Origin: Fistulifera solaris
Lineage: Eukaryota
Direction: 5' to 3'
Assembly: GCA_030295235.1 (NCBI GenBank)
Contig: AP026131.1
Coordinates: forward strand, 930,001-994,000
DNA: 64,000 bases
Positions 11,709-23,894 of the stretch are shown here, piece by piece. The notes below the pieces were generated by a model. The model saw nothing but the letters and a program-made list of their open reading frames with translations. It did no database searches and had not been told where the DNA came from. Every line of letters begins with the position of its first letter. Position 1 is the stretch's first letter. The translations under genes and the position numbers were made by a program.

Positions 11709-13360
11709 TTAAGGGCACGTTTCTTTGGGACTTCCGTCCTCCTTCATCCACGGTAACCAGCCTATTCTCGCCATGGTTGGTTTGCAATGGCCATCTTCCT
11801 TGCCAGGATCATAGAATTCAGTACCTTCGCACCAACCGATCGAGCCCGAATTGATACTGCCAAAATATTTGATCAAAGAATTTATGGCCTGACTTCGCAA
11901 ATCGGCCCAGATTTGTTTCTTTTCGGACATTCCCGAACCGCAGTCCCAACAGATACCTCCAATACCACCTTTCTCGTGGGCAGGGCCTCCGCCGATACCG
12001 TGATTTTCAAGTTGAACCACTTGTTTTTCGCTCTCGCCGGTCATGAGTCGTTCTTCCTCTTCATTTTCCTCCTCTTTTCTGCGGCTTTTTCATCCGGATC
12101 CGTCTCTTCGAGTCGACGGCCGCCGCGGCGTTTCACGGTACCGTCGTCTGGATTCAAGCGTCGGGAATACACTTTCGGTGCTCGGGCCGCCAAGTGTGAT
12201 ACAACGGTACTAACAGTAATATCATCCGGATGAACGGGATGTGCCAACACAAATTGCCGAATTTCTTTCAGAGCCGGATGCCAGAGAAAGCACAAGTAGT
12301 TGGAATGCAACATACTTCCTGACGGAAGAACCATATTAGCATCATAGTTGGCAAAGAAACGAAAATTGTACTCGACTTTGTCTTGTAAATTGTCGCAGTG
12401 TGAGATGAAGTGTTTGTCGTTGGGTTCCGGGTCCAGGCGTTGACGTTCCTCTTGTTGGCGCGGAGAGTAATCAATCTTTCGCGACATGGCACCAATCTGC
12501 GCTCGTGCATTTCGTTTCCACAATTCGAATCCGGACTCGATGGCTTTGTAAGAGTAGAAAGGGCCGTCATCGTCGTAATACAAAATGGCTTTGGTCGTCA
12601 CTTTGACGACGTCTGGATGATACCGATTCATCAGGTCATTCGGGAATCCCATTTTTAATGGATAAACAATGCGCAAAGAGTTGGCAGGATCTTTGGCAAA
12701 CTCAAGTAATTGTTTCCCTTCGCTCGACTCGTCAACGCTTCGCGGTCCATTCCATACTACTACGCACTCTTTGACCAATCCTCGAAACGCCTCCCGATTG
12801 GTTAACTTTTTGATTTGATTGAGTGTAATTCCCAATCGATCGGGATTGTAGGCCATGAAAATCACCGTCAACTGCGATTCCTGACATTCCGTTTCGGGTG
12901 GCATGCGACATTGCCATTGGATGTCATCATTGTGATTTCCTTTCTTATAATCAGCAATCGCATCAATGATCCCAAATGGTGGCAGTGTAGCCAATGTTTG
13001 ATTCTCTTTCCCAAACAACATTTCGTAGTGATGATCAAAACCGTGAAAATCAGCGTCCGCGTGTTGACAATAACTCTTGTGAGCGCGGGCGCGCAAGACC
13101 ACTTCATCCCACGCAGAATCCCAAAAGGAGGTTCGTTCAATAATTCTCTTGTGTGGTAAAATGGCGCGCTGTTCGTTCACTCCGTGTTCCTCGCTCAGAC
13201 GAATGATGGAGGAATGACTGTAGAAGAGGATCGTGAACCATCCGAGCGCGGTGATTATGAAGCATTGAAGGAAGTATTGAATCCGAAATATCGATTTCTT
13301 CGATCCATCTTTTTGTGTACTCTTCAAACTGACACGACTTTGTTGCTGTGGAAGAGACAT
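11709..13360 (-). CDS. Glycosyltransferase family 64 (EXTL2/EPC1-like), type II membrane protein
   Basis: N-terminal TM; LTVIFMAY, CVVVWNGP, DLMNRYHP, ILYYDDD (DxD), FELWKRN. Indel near 12050; C-terminus lies in ORF 11709-12044. Confidence 0.8.
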
Positions 13361-13838
13361 GTTACGTTTGAGAAGTGAATAAACTTTACAAAGACATAGT
13401 CGCAACAACAAATAATGCGCTCGTCGTTCTTTTTGTTTTCGTTTTGGTGACGAGTATGGATGACAAAAAATGACCCTTGACTTTACTAGCGTTAAGGTGA
13501 AGCAAGCATTTTTGCAGTAACGAAAAGTGTACCCGTCCTCGCAGTATCTTGTGAAGTGTGGATTACTTTTTCTCATGACTCAATCCAACTTCAGTCCTGA
13601 AAAGTGTTGACTGCACTATGTCGAGTGTATGAACTAGTCAAATGTGATACTTCGATAATTTGAAATAAGAAAGAGAATCGCAGCATTTTTGTAGTGAATA
13701 ACCAGAACTTGATAGCTTCATAGAGGAATGCAAAATCTGTCTATAGTTACTTCATTTGATTGTCGAGCCGGTCTCCAACATCTAATATTGCTAAAGACAA
13801 CTCGGTTCTTGTACGGTACTACTCAACACATGGCTGTA

Positions 13839-14836
13839 CTAGCTGGCCGCGTTTGCCTTTTTTCTTTTCCATGTTGTCCTTAATTTGCGTGCTTCCTCTT
13901 CTTCGTCTTTGTTTTTGTAAGTGACGGCGTTTTCGAGGGATTGGATGGCACTATCCGCTTCTTCCAAGGATGTTTTGGGATCCATCATGGCTACTTTGGC
14001 CAATCGTAAAAGTGCCTTCAAATTGCGAGGGTCTTTTTCCAATAACACCGCTCCCGCCTTTTTCGCTAAAGCATACTGCTTCGCTCTCATGTGCAGCGCC
14101 AAAATGTTGTTATATGAATCAATCATCAACTGCCGTGCTTCCTTGTATTGCGGATGATCAGTGCCGACTTGTTGAAAATACGTTCCATCCTGTAAGGCTT
14201 CCATGTCCTTGGCCGACTTTTCGTACAATCGGAGCGCCCGGTCCTTGCGTTGGGGCCATTCGCACAAATACAAATCGTTGGCGATCATTTTGCGGGTATT
14301 CGTTTTTTGCAGTGTAAAGTAAGGGTTGAGTCGGGACGTGTCTTTGACTTTCATGGCGCGGGTAATGTGATACAAGACGCTGGAATCGGGAGGCAACGTG
14401 TATTTGTCATTCCCCGATGAATAGGTTCGTGGATGAGGTCCAAAGGCATACTTCGCAGTAGACCATACCCAAGCCGTTTGGTGATTCATCATGCAAGTCA
14501 AAGCTATATCCAACGCATCGTTGATCTCGTTTTGTCCGACTACGACGAGCCAGCTCGTAGCTTTCTGACAAAGAGGACCATCTGTGTTATCCTTGTCGTT
14601 GGTTTGGTGAACGGTAAAATCGACCAGAACAGCATCACCAGCTTTTATTTCGGGAGACTCGTTCGATGATTCAAGCAATCCCTGATTTTGTAAACGCTGA
14701 TCACAGATCTAGAATTCAAGAAGACCACGCAAGTGAGTCTGGAGGGAGATGATGGTTGCGTAAAACTTCCGTGATAGAAAGGCTATACCTTCAGGAGCAA
14801 ATCCTGTCCTCGTAGCTCAATCCAATCACCTGACAT
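13839..14836 (-). CDS. FKBP-type PPIase domain plus TPR protein (FKBP8/FKBP42-like)
   Basis: Exon 1 MSGDWIELRGQDLLLK, intron 14709-14788; GDAVLVDFT..AKYAFG..LPPDSSVLY (FKBP); TPR LEKDPRNLKALLRLAK. Confidence 0.8.
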
Positions 14837-15396
14837 TACTGAAAAACGATTGGCTGTAAATGGTTTGACAAGGTGTTTATTTTGTTAAGAATTGGTGAGA
14901 TGCCGATAATCAAGACGGAGCGATTACTTGGAAGTTGTGAGGAAAACTGGGTCATAATTATGTCCGTGTTTCATTCATTTGTGTGTTTGTCAACGATGTC
15001 CGACACAATGTCGTACCACTACTTCAACGGTCGACGAATGCTTGCACAAGGCGAGCACGAGCACAAACCGATTGTTGAGTTTATTGGAAGTTGCCGATCG
15101 TCTGTCAAAGGCAGTGTTGTATTCATGACGTTGTCATTCGGAGAAACACGATGATTCCAAAATGAATGTGCATCATCGAATGCGCTGCATTCGTCTGTCT
15201 TCCACGGACCCCGAACGGCGCATTCGAAGATGCCCAACAGTCGACAACCGATAAGCCCCCACGGAACGACGTGTGCTACCGACACCCACCACACGCGTCG
15301 CGCGTGCTACTCTTCGCCCTACCCGTGCGTTTCAAAATTGCACACCAACACGTTTGTCAAATCACTTCACATATTATTTTTGCGCCTTCCACAACA

Positions 15397-16047
15397 ATGT
15401 TTCGTTCTGCTGCCGTGACCTCTTTGCTGGTTGCCTCTGTGGCAAATGCCTGGGTGATTGCGCCCCCAGCGCAACGATCGTTCGCTACTCGTTTGGATGC
15501 TTCCGTCGGTATCTTCTACGGAACTTGCACGGGCAGCACCAGCGAAGCGGCCGATTTAATCCACCAGGCCTTCGGTTCTGGCGTTGCCGCCGAACCCATT
15601 GATGTCGATGGCCTCACGGACGATGCTCTCGCCGCCTCATTGAAAGAACACGACGCTTTGATCGTAGGTGCCCCCACTTGGAACACGGGTGCCGAGTCCG
15701 AGTGCAGTGGTACGGGTTGGGATAAGTTCTACTATTCCAAGTTGCCCGCGATGAAATCGGAGCTCAGCGGCAAGAAGGTCGCTGTCTTTGGCTTGGGCGA
15801 CCAGAGCAGCTATTCGGAGTACTTTTGCGACGCTGCTGGAGAGATCTGGGATGTCTTCAACGGTTTGGACTGCAAGATGTTGGGTGCTTGGAGTCAAGAT
15901 GGATACGAGCACGAGGACTCGAAGAGCATCCGCGGCGACAAGTTCTGTGGCTTGTTGCTCGATGCCGTCAACCAAGAAGATATGACGGAGGATCGCGTGA
16001 AGCAGTGGGTAGCGCAGTTGATCGATGAGGGAATTCTTGCTAAGTAG
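15397..16047 (+). CDS. fldA: Plastid-targeted long-chain flavodoxin, copy 1
   Basis: ANA-W bipartite presequence; GIFYGTCTGST, LIVGAPTWNTG, KKVAVFGLGDQ, DKFCGLLLDAVNQ. Confidence 0.95.
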   Translation: MFRSAAVTSLLVASVANAWVIAPPAQRSFATRLDASVGIFYGTCTGSTSEAADLIHQAFGSGVAAEPIDVDGLTDDALAASLKEHDALIVGAPTWNTGAESECSGTGWDKFYYSKLPAMKSELSGKKVAVFGLGDQSSYSEYFCDAAGEIWDVFNGLDCKMLGAWSQDGYEHEDSKSIRGDKFCGLLLDAVNQEDMTEDRVKQWVAQLIDEGILAK

Positions 16048-16342
16048 AAGCCTAATACACAGAAAACTGCCTTAGTTTAGTTGTGTCGTCATCGCATACG
16101 TACTACGTGAAATGGTACTGGTTAAGTTGTATATCACCATTATGTAGGCTTACCGGTACCGCTTTCATTGTAGATACTGTCTCCTTTAAAGTGTGACGTC
16201 CTGTCCTTTGCCAGCTGCTAAGATACTCTCTATGTCACAGTAAACCCCGGACGAGCTTTGATAGATTGATGGCGATCCGAAAAAAAGCGTTCGTTCTCCT
16301 TCTTCTTTGTTGCTGTCATAGTAATTTCGTCTTGCTTTCACG

Positions 16343-17242
16343 ATGCTGCGATTTGGTAAATATTTTTTCTTCGTCTCCTTTGTTGTAACGGCGACAGACG
16401 CTTGGGGGATTCTTCCTCCAGCACAGCGTTTTCAGACTCGTTTGGATGCCGCTGTGGGTATCTTTTACGGAACCTCCACGGGTAGTACGAGCGACGCCGC
16501 CGAATTGATTTATGAGGCGTTCGGAGCCGATGTCGCTGCCGAACCGGTCGATGTCGATACCTTGGACAAGGGTGCTCTCGCTGACGCGTTTGGACAGCAT
16601 GATGCGCTGATCGTCGGGACACCGACTTGGAACACCGGCGCGAACACAGAACGCAGTGGCACCGGTTGGGACGAGTTGTATTATTCCAAGATGCCGGCCT
16701 TGAAAGCACAATTGGACGGCAAGAAGGTGGCGGTTTTTGGTTTGGGTGATCAAGTCAGTTATTCGGAGAACTATGCGGATGCGACCGGCGAGTTGTGGGA
16801 CGTCTTCCATGGTTTGGGCTGCACTATGTTGGGTGCTTGGAGTCAAGAAGGATATGAGCATGAGGCATCCAAAAGTATTCGTGGAGACAAATTTTGCGGT
16901 CTTTTGCTAGATGCCGTGAATCAGGAAGAGTTGACGGGAGAGCGTGTGCAGCAATGGGTGGCACAGCTAATTGAGGAAGGCATTCTTGATGGTAGTAGTT
17001 CCGTTGCGAAGCCTTCGACAGCCACCAGCAGTGCATCGCCGAAGGCTGTGGAAGAGGAAATTCCAGAATTGAAAGAAATGGCTGCAAGCAGCCGTATATT
17101 GGATGAAAACATTGCTCTTCATTCAAGTGGCGGTTTCAAAGCTCACGTCAATCCAGTGTCGGGGAAAACCATGTGGACTAGTGCAGATGGTCGCAAGTCA
17201 TTCACTACAGTTGGGACAGTCAAGAAAGCGACAAAACCGTAA
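16343..17242 (+). CDS. fldA: Plastid-targeted long-chain flavodoxin, copy 2, with ~80-aa C-terminal extension
   Basis: TDA-W presequence; GIFYGTSTGST, GTPTWNTG, GLGDQ; extension ending GGFKAHVNPVSGKTMWTSADGRKSFTT. Confidence 0.95.
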   Translation: MLRFGKYFFFVSFVVTATDAWGILPPAQRFQTRLDAAVGIFYGTSTGSTSDAAELIYEAFGADVAAEPVDVDTLDKGALADAFGQHDALIVGTPTWNTGANTERSGTGWDELYYSKMPALKAQLDGKKVAVFGLGDQVSYSENYADATGELWDVFHGLGCTMLGAWSQEGYEHEASKSIRGDKFCGLLLDAVNQEELTGERVQQWVAQLIEEGILDGSSSVAKPSTATSSASPKAVEEEIPELKEMAASSRILDENIALHSSGGFKAHVNPVSGKTMWTSADGRKSFTTVGTVKKATKP

Positions 17243-17642
17243 GATCGGCTTTTGATGAATAATTGGTAGTGCCTCTTTTGATTGACTTTCTCATTCCGAT
17301 TAAGAATTAAAGTATTCTCATTGCTGGATTCGCTTACGGCATCCGATTCGATAGTTTAGTGCAGAATGAAATTAATCCTTCTCAAGCATAAAAAAGAGAG
17401 TTGATGCTAGTAAACGTACAGGACCCTTATTATGTCATATCTAGGAGGAAATTATGGCCAATACCCAATACTATTTGATGTTAACTGTTGACGGCCAAAC
17501 GTGATCGGTCGAAACACGTTCTTCGACAACGCATCCGGCGGGAACCGCACACAATCATTTTTGACACCGTATCTTTTTACAAACTGCCGATCAGAAGGTG
17601 GTAACAAACAATACACTTTCATATTCGTTGCGGACAGTAACC

Positions 17643-19098
17643 ATGAAGTTTCTTGCAGTTTGCTTTGCCGTTTTCGTTACCTCTCAAGCGGTTAATCCGA
17701 CGGAATGTCTAACGAGTGTCGACCCTGACTTCGATTACTTTCCTGACAAAGTAACTGTTGTTGATTCGAAACTTTGGACTGTGTCTTATCACAACACGTA
17801 CAAAGTTCTCCGGAACATCGATTCCAATTCCTCATACCTCCTCTATCAGTGCGGAACAACTCCACCCGCTGACTCAAACGTTTACGACGAGGTCATTCAA
17901 ATTCCCATCGCACCCAATGTCGCGATTGATGAGGTTGTTCATATTCCGATGCTGGAGCAATTGGGTCAAGTGCAAACTATTGATGTTTTTCTTGACAGAT
18001 CCGCAGTATATTTCGTCACCATGTTTCCGAGATAAAGTTACCGCGGGAGAAGTGTTGTTGGTCGATCGAACAGAAGGAAATACAAGCCCTGACTTGCTCC
18101 TTAACCAGCCCAGCTCCCCGGAGCGTGTCATGGAAGTCTTGCAAAATGTCTCCGTCGCATTCGTCAGCCCCTTTCATAGTGACATTCCTGGAGTAGACAC
18201 GTACGTCAAGATCAGTTTTTACGCCGAATTGACCAACGCAGCCATATTCGAATGGATCAAGTTCTACAGCACTTTCTTCAACCTCGAAGCCATGGCCAAC
18301 GAAGCTGTCGAAGCTGCCGCGGATCGATACAAGTGTGTCACTGAAAATGCCGGTCGCATCCAAGCCGATTTCCCCCAACAGCCCACGGTTCTCTGGGCTT
18401 ACTACAGTGATTACTGCCTCGGATGGAGCGTGGCGAAATGCCCCAACTATTATTGCGAATTCGCGTCGGCGTGTTCCGCCCAGCTCGTGTCGGACGATGA
18501 TGAATCACAATCCTATTCTGTAGATGCATGTGGTACCAAATTTATGAATGTCACGGAGTTGGTCTCTTTCGGCAAAGACGCTGATCACTGGATCTTTCCT
18601 GCTCCCAACTGGGATGAAACCTACGTCGAATTTGAGACGGAGCTCTCTGTCATGAAATCAGTCCAGAACAAACGAGTCTTTGACTATCTCGGTGCGGGAC
18701 CTAATACTTGGTACGAGGAACGCTACGCGAGCTACTACGATGTTGTCCAAGACTTTTGTTCTGTAGTGGGTACAACTTCTCCGCTTCCAGGTGGTCGGTG
18801 GTTTCGTAACGTCTTTCAGCACAAGGAAGGACAAGCCGGTGAATGCACGAGCGAAGGCGAACATTCCATTTTGCCATATAACTTTGAATGTGATCAAGCG
18901 GTGTTCGACTTGCCCGTTGCAAGTCCGGTCGCGGCTGCACCAGCTGGTGAGCCTGTTGCGGAATCTCCTATGGGGCAGCCGGCTGTAAAACCATCGACAG
19001 GTGGGTCCGTCGCAGAAACACCGTCAAGTTCAAGTTCTTTTGCGTTAAATTATGCTTGCCTCGCTGTCATGTCGATTGGTGCTTTGATGTTTCGGTAA
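17643..19098 (+). CDS. CBA1: Cobalamin acquisition protein 1 (periplasmic-binding-protein fold), probably GPI- or tail-anchored
   Basis: Signal peptide; DYFPDKV, SYHNTYKVL, YLLYQCGT and EWIKFYSTFFNLE motifs characteristic of CBA1; S/P/A linker and hydrophobic C-terminal tail; poly-T indel near 17985. Confidence 0.8.
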
Positions 19099-19452
19099 GC
19101 GATATGGCTATAATAGCCAGTAATTAGATAACGAAAAAGTGTATGCTTGAGATCACTGCAGAACGTCATAGTTCAATTTGAAACTCTTCGTGAAATGCTT
19201 TTGTAGAAATGCAAGCGGTCCCCGAGAGAATCTGATTTCTTGCCGAACTTGGTTCGATCAGTGACTTCTTTGTTTTAGCGTGAACCGTAAAATGAGACAT
19301 CAAATTCGACTAGTCACTGCTCCAACCTACATTCCTCGGCGTTGTAAAGCCCGAATAAGAGTCCTTGTTTACAATAATTGGCGCCCTTTTCTAATGTCAT
19401 TGTTACTGCAAGCTCTTCCGTAAAAATTACTCCTATAAAAATGAAGTCACAT

Positions 19453-19707
19453 CTACACATTTTCTGACACGTCAAAAACCACACCCCCACATTTTCTGGA
19501 GACGTGAAGAACCACACTTCCACATTTTCTGGAAACGTGAAAAGCACACTCCCACATTTTCTGGGCACGTCAAAAGCACGCACCCCCACATTTTCTGGAC
19601 ACGTCAAAAACCACACCCCCACATTTTTTTCTGGAGAGGTCAAAAACCGCTCTACTACATTTTCTGGAGACGTGAAAAAGCACACCTTCACATTTTCTGG
19701 AAACGTC
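19453..19707 (+). repeat. 33-bp tandem minisatellite, about 8 units
   Basis: Consensus CACATTTTCTGGA(A/G/C)ACGT(G/C)AAAAA(C/G)CACACCCC repeated at ~33-bp spacing. Confidence 0.92.
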
Positions 19708-19819
19708 ATAAGGGCTCTTCGAACAGTGAAAGAATCATAATATCACCGCGGCCGTTGAGTATCTTTTCCATCTTCTCTTCATGTAAGAATGTTGCAATTA
19801 AAACATCCTTTGATAAAAA

Positions 19820-20600
19820 AAATCCGAACAATAGGAAAGGAAAGGGCAAGAGCCGCAAGAAGGCGGATTCAACTGCAGCACGCGACGATGAACCGTCGCT
19901 ACTGCAGCGCATGCATAGCGCACTCCCCGCACTCGGCGCGAAAGTAGCAGCGGCTACCAAAAGCGAAGGATGCTACAATCAATACAAAGAAGCTACGCTG
20001 CAGTTTCACAACTGGATGGCAAATGAGACATGTCTAACCTGCAAAATGTTCGCAGTGAATGATTATCGAACGGCGTGGAGCAGATTTTGGAGAACAGTTG
20101 GGCTGTGCATTTGGCAGAACAACCCGGGGATTTCATTGTAGATCCGCCTGAGACAAAATAAACTTGGCATTGAGTATTCGGTTGCGAGAAAAGTATCAAA
20201 TAAAAGTTTGGGTCTAAAGCTCGAGGCGACCTCAGGCACCAGTACATTATCGATATTCTCAAACATTGTCAAAAGGTGCTTTGTTTTGCAAATCGGATAA
20301 CTGCCGCAGTCTGTAGTACAAGAGATGGCACCGAAATCGCTCGACTTTAGTGGCGATTCAGTGCGGTGACGCTTGAGGACGACGATGAAGTCGAGAAAGA
20401 CTGGGATGAGTTTGAGCGTGATATCAAAGATGGCAAGTTACTCGAATGCTCTGGAGTCGAGGTGGAAGACGAAATCAACATCAAGGAAATACATCTTAAA
20501 AATGTGCCGATCGAATATAAGCGAGTGTTCTCTGTTTACCTGGTACGATGGATGATTTCATGGGCGATACTTGCAAGCACAACACGCTCCTGGTGATCTC
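19820..20600 (+). pseudogene. Decayed 5' duplicate of the adjacent DUF6604-like gene
   Basis: PNNRKGKGKSRKKADSTAARDDEPSLLQR..YNQYKEATLQFHNWMA is near-identical to 21108 onward. No start ATG, multiple frameshifts and deletions, truncated near 20590. Confidence 0.85.
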
Positions 20601-21107
20601 TCCATGCATTTTCTTCTTGGGAACGATCGACCGGCTGAACGCATATGTAGCGGGGCTTGGTTTCTTTGCACAGTCAAGCTGCTGTCTTCGTCGTATACTA
20701 GACGATGAGTATGGGTTCGTGTCCTTTACCGTACTGGGAGGTATCTACAGGCCGAGTCAAAAGAAAATATTTATCTTTCCGAAACAGAATGGTCATCCGC
20801 CATTCGCCTAATGGATCTTTTTGTGACAATTTTAGAATGAGCGAGCCTGCTTGAACAGGATACAGTCATTTTTAGCATGCTTGGCAGTGAATGCGCTGAT
20901 TACTCCCGACTCCGGAGGTATATTTACCAAAGCGGCGAGATTGAGCCTTAAAAAATGATTTCAACAACTTGCCACTTGCCACGACTGGAGATATCGGTCG
21001 TGAGTCACATACCACGGTAAGGTTCTCTCTTTTTGTTTCGAGTTCGCAAAATCATTTTCGTGCTCTTTCATTGCATATGAAGTGAATGAGCTCATTATTG
21101 GCGAAGA

Positions 21108-23894
21108 ATGCCTAACAACAAGAAAGGAAAGGGCAAGAGCCGCAAGAAGGCGGATTCAGCTGCAGCACGCGACGATGAAGCGTCGCTACTGCAGCGCATT
21201 CAGAGCACCCTTCCCACGTTTCAGGACACCCAGCCAAGATCAAATCATGATTCGACCACCAAAAGCGGTGGATACTATAACCAATACAAAGAAGCTACAT
21301 TGCAGTTTCACAACTGGATGGCAAAATGGGCCTGTCTAAGCGGCAAGATGTCCGCAGTGAATGATTATCGTACTGGAGTGGAGCAGATTCTAAAGAACAA
21401 TTGGTCTGTATTTCTATCGAAACAGGCTGAGAGTTTCATTTTGGCCCCGCCCGAGATTATGGCCAGTTTGACATCGAGCATTCGGTTGCGAGAAAAAGTA
21501 ACAATCAACATTTTTGGGTCGAAAGCTGGAGGCGATCTCGGACACCAGTATATCATCGATGTGCTAAAACATTGTCAAAAAACTCTTCGCTTTGCGAATC
21601 GGATGGCAGCCGCAGTCTATAATACAAGAGATGGCAACGAAAAAATTCATGCGATAGGTGGCCGATTCAGTGCGTTGAAGTTAGACGATGAAGAAGAAGA
21701 AAGCGAAGAAGACTGGAAAGATATCGACCGTGATATCAAGGAAGGCAACTTGCCCACATACACTGGTGTCGAAGTGGAAGAAGAGATTGATATCAGAGAA
21801 ATGCTACTTAAAGGTGACGACCGTTTCCAGGCGATCGCGCTTCTGTACACGATGGATGATCTAATGGGTAACATTCGAGTGCATTACAAGCTTCTTAAGG
21901 ATTACATGAGAGGGGATCGAAACGTGTATCCGTCTTCGAGTTGCGTGCCTTTACTCATGAAATGTGCCGTTGTGGCAAATGTTGCGATCGATACCGTTCA
22001 TCGCGCCGAAAACGAGTTGGCGGTAGAACACCCTCATTTATCCTCCTTTTATCATATTTTGGCGCTAGTAGTTTGGGCGGATGTGATTGCACAAATTAAC
22101 AAGCGAATTGGCAAGACGACGTTGATGAGAGATCCTCACATGACACTTCAATTTGTGGCAGAAGTTATAAAGTGCTCGTTTCGTGAAAGGGATGGATCGG
22201 ATGAAATTTCTCCCATTGCAAAGCGATTCAGCAAGAAGTCAAGCCTGGATATGTCCATTGCCTATGATTACGCAACTCTTATTGATCGGGACACCGATTT
22301 TGAGACTCGGGTGCAGTCGGAAATAGGTCGCGAGAGAGATACGAGCGGTGATACCGACAGACCCCACATGTGGTTGTCTCCTCTCAACTACATTGGAGGT
22401 GATTGCTGCATTATAAATACTCTGCATAGCCTCCAAGCGGTCACCCGCATACTTGGAAACAATCCTACAGCCAGAATTAATACGGGGGGACCGTCATTCG
22501 ACGAAAATACTCGTCCCGCTCGCCGTATTTGGGGCGATCTGGATAGACCATTTATTTCGTGCATTCTAGTGGAATTACACAGAACCTGCAAGAATGTACC
22601 CTTCGAAAAATTTGAGGGTTGGCCATACTTAGTGAATATCCTCGGTTTGTTCTGGCTTTATTTAAAGAGCGATCCGACAAAACCGGTGCCAATTGCTTTA
22701 TGCTTTGGTATGCATGCGATTTTAATGTCTATTTTTGTTCTTCAAGGAGACGGTGATCTGGCGCGAGTCGCTGCGTCCGCCAAGAGATCTTATAATTTGG
22801 TGTTTGAACAATGGCAGAATGGTGACTCTTCCGATTATGATATTATGGTTTACCAAGAATTTCACAGATACTCTTGCTTCGCGGGGATCGCTAAGCCCTT
22901 TATCCTATCTCCCAGGATCGATCCGGTTGCCACCGAGATGCTAGCTTTTGGAACCCGCTCATTGGAGGGGAATATATGCTTTTGCGACGTATATAGGTTC
23001 CATCTGCCTGGGGTGTTCGGTCGTTGATTCGTCAGCCCAATTAAGGTCTTCCTTCACTTGTATAACGGCCTCAGACTCCATGACCCTACCTTGAATATCC
23101 CATTCCTACATAATCTGGATTTGGTTTTTGAGAACGTGAAAGCAATTTGGGTTGATGGGAAGCCAGAAAGGGGATTTTGTTGCCAAAAGTTCTTGATTTC
23201 CTTTGGACTGAACGACAAACCAGCTACCCGTCTAGCATCTATATACAGAGCAAGCAAAGAGAGTTTCCCTATCGGTTGTAAGGTTGCCTCAAGTCGTATC
23301 AAGAGGTAAGGCGTTTTTCGCTGGTCTAGAAGTATTGGAACAGTAGGAAATTCTGCTAACAGAAGAGCTGGCTTACACAGACATTCGTACCGAATTCTTC
23401 CTCAAGATGTGAGTGTCTCTTATCGACGCCTTGTCGAGCAGAACTTCGATCCCGATGATTTAGAGAGCGTCTTCATAGAGTCCGACGGAGGCGGTGCTAG
23501 TAGCTATGAAGCTATCCTTCGTAGAACTATCTTTGATATGTACGAAGAGAAGGATAGTATTCTTCGAGTGAACTTCTCGACAGTCGGACTTACTTTGGTA
23601 GAGTTCATGAACGCTCTGGCCGATCACATGGGCTGGTCGACTATGATCGAAGATGCTGTTCAAAAGAAAAGGAGAGGAGGTGACACGACGAGCCCCACCA
23701 TGGCGTTGAAACACCAAGCGTTGACCGATATGTGGGGAGGACTTATGTCGTTCCTCGACAGAAACCCTGATGAGCAGTTGATTCCGCAATTCAATGTTGA
23801 TCGGGTATCGGCCTTTACCAAGGAATATTTTGAACAGTTAGAGGAAACGCGGTACATCTTCTTTGTCGACGAGGAGCAGCCATCGAATGCATAG
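21108..23894 (+). CDS. DUF6604-like domain protein
   Basis: YYNQYKEATLQFHNWM, SIRLREKVT and DLGHQYIIDVLK match the DUF6604 pattern; indel near 22950; intron 23306-23380. Confidence 0.65.

Noticed and set aside
15200..15396. Iron-responsive palindromic promoter motif (ACACGTGC-type) upstream of flavodoxin
   Set aside because: Only near-matches (GACGTGTGC, ACACGCGT, CGCGTGC, ACACGTTT) are present, with no exact copy, so it cannot be supported by eye.
15397..19098. Recent bacterial horizontal transfer or operon
   Set aside because: The genes have eukaryotic signal and plastid presequences, separate intergenic regions, and composition like their neighbours.
19314..19740. Repeat protein FFTSPENVGVW encoded by the 33-bp array (also 47483-47826)
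   Set aside because: Units contain 1-2-bp indels that shift frame and there is no credible gene structure; more likely non-coding.
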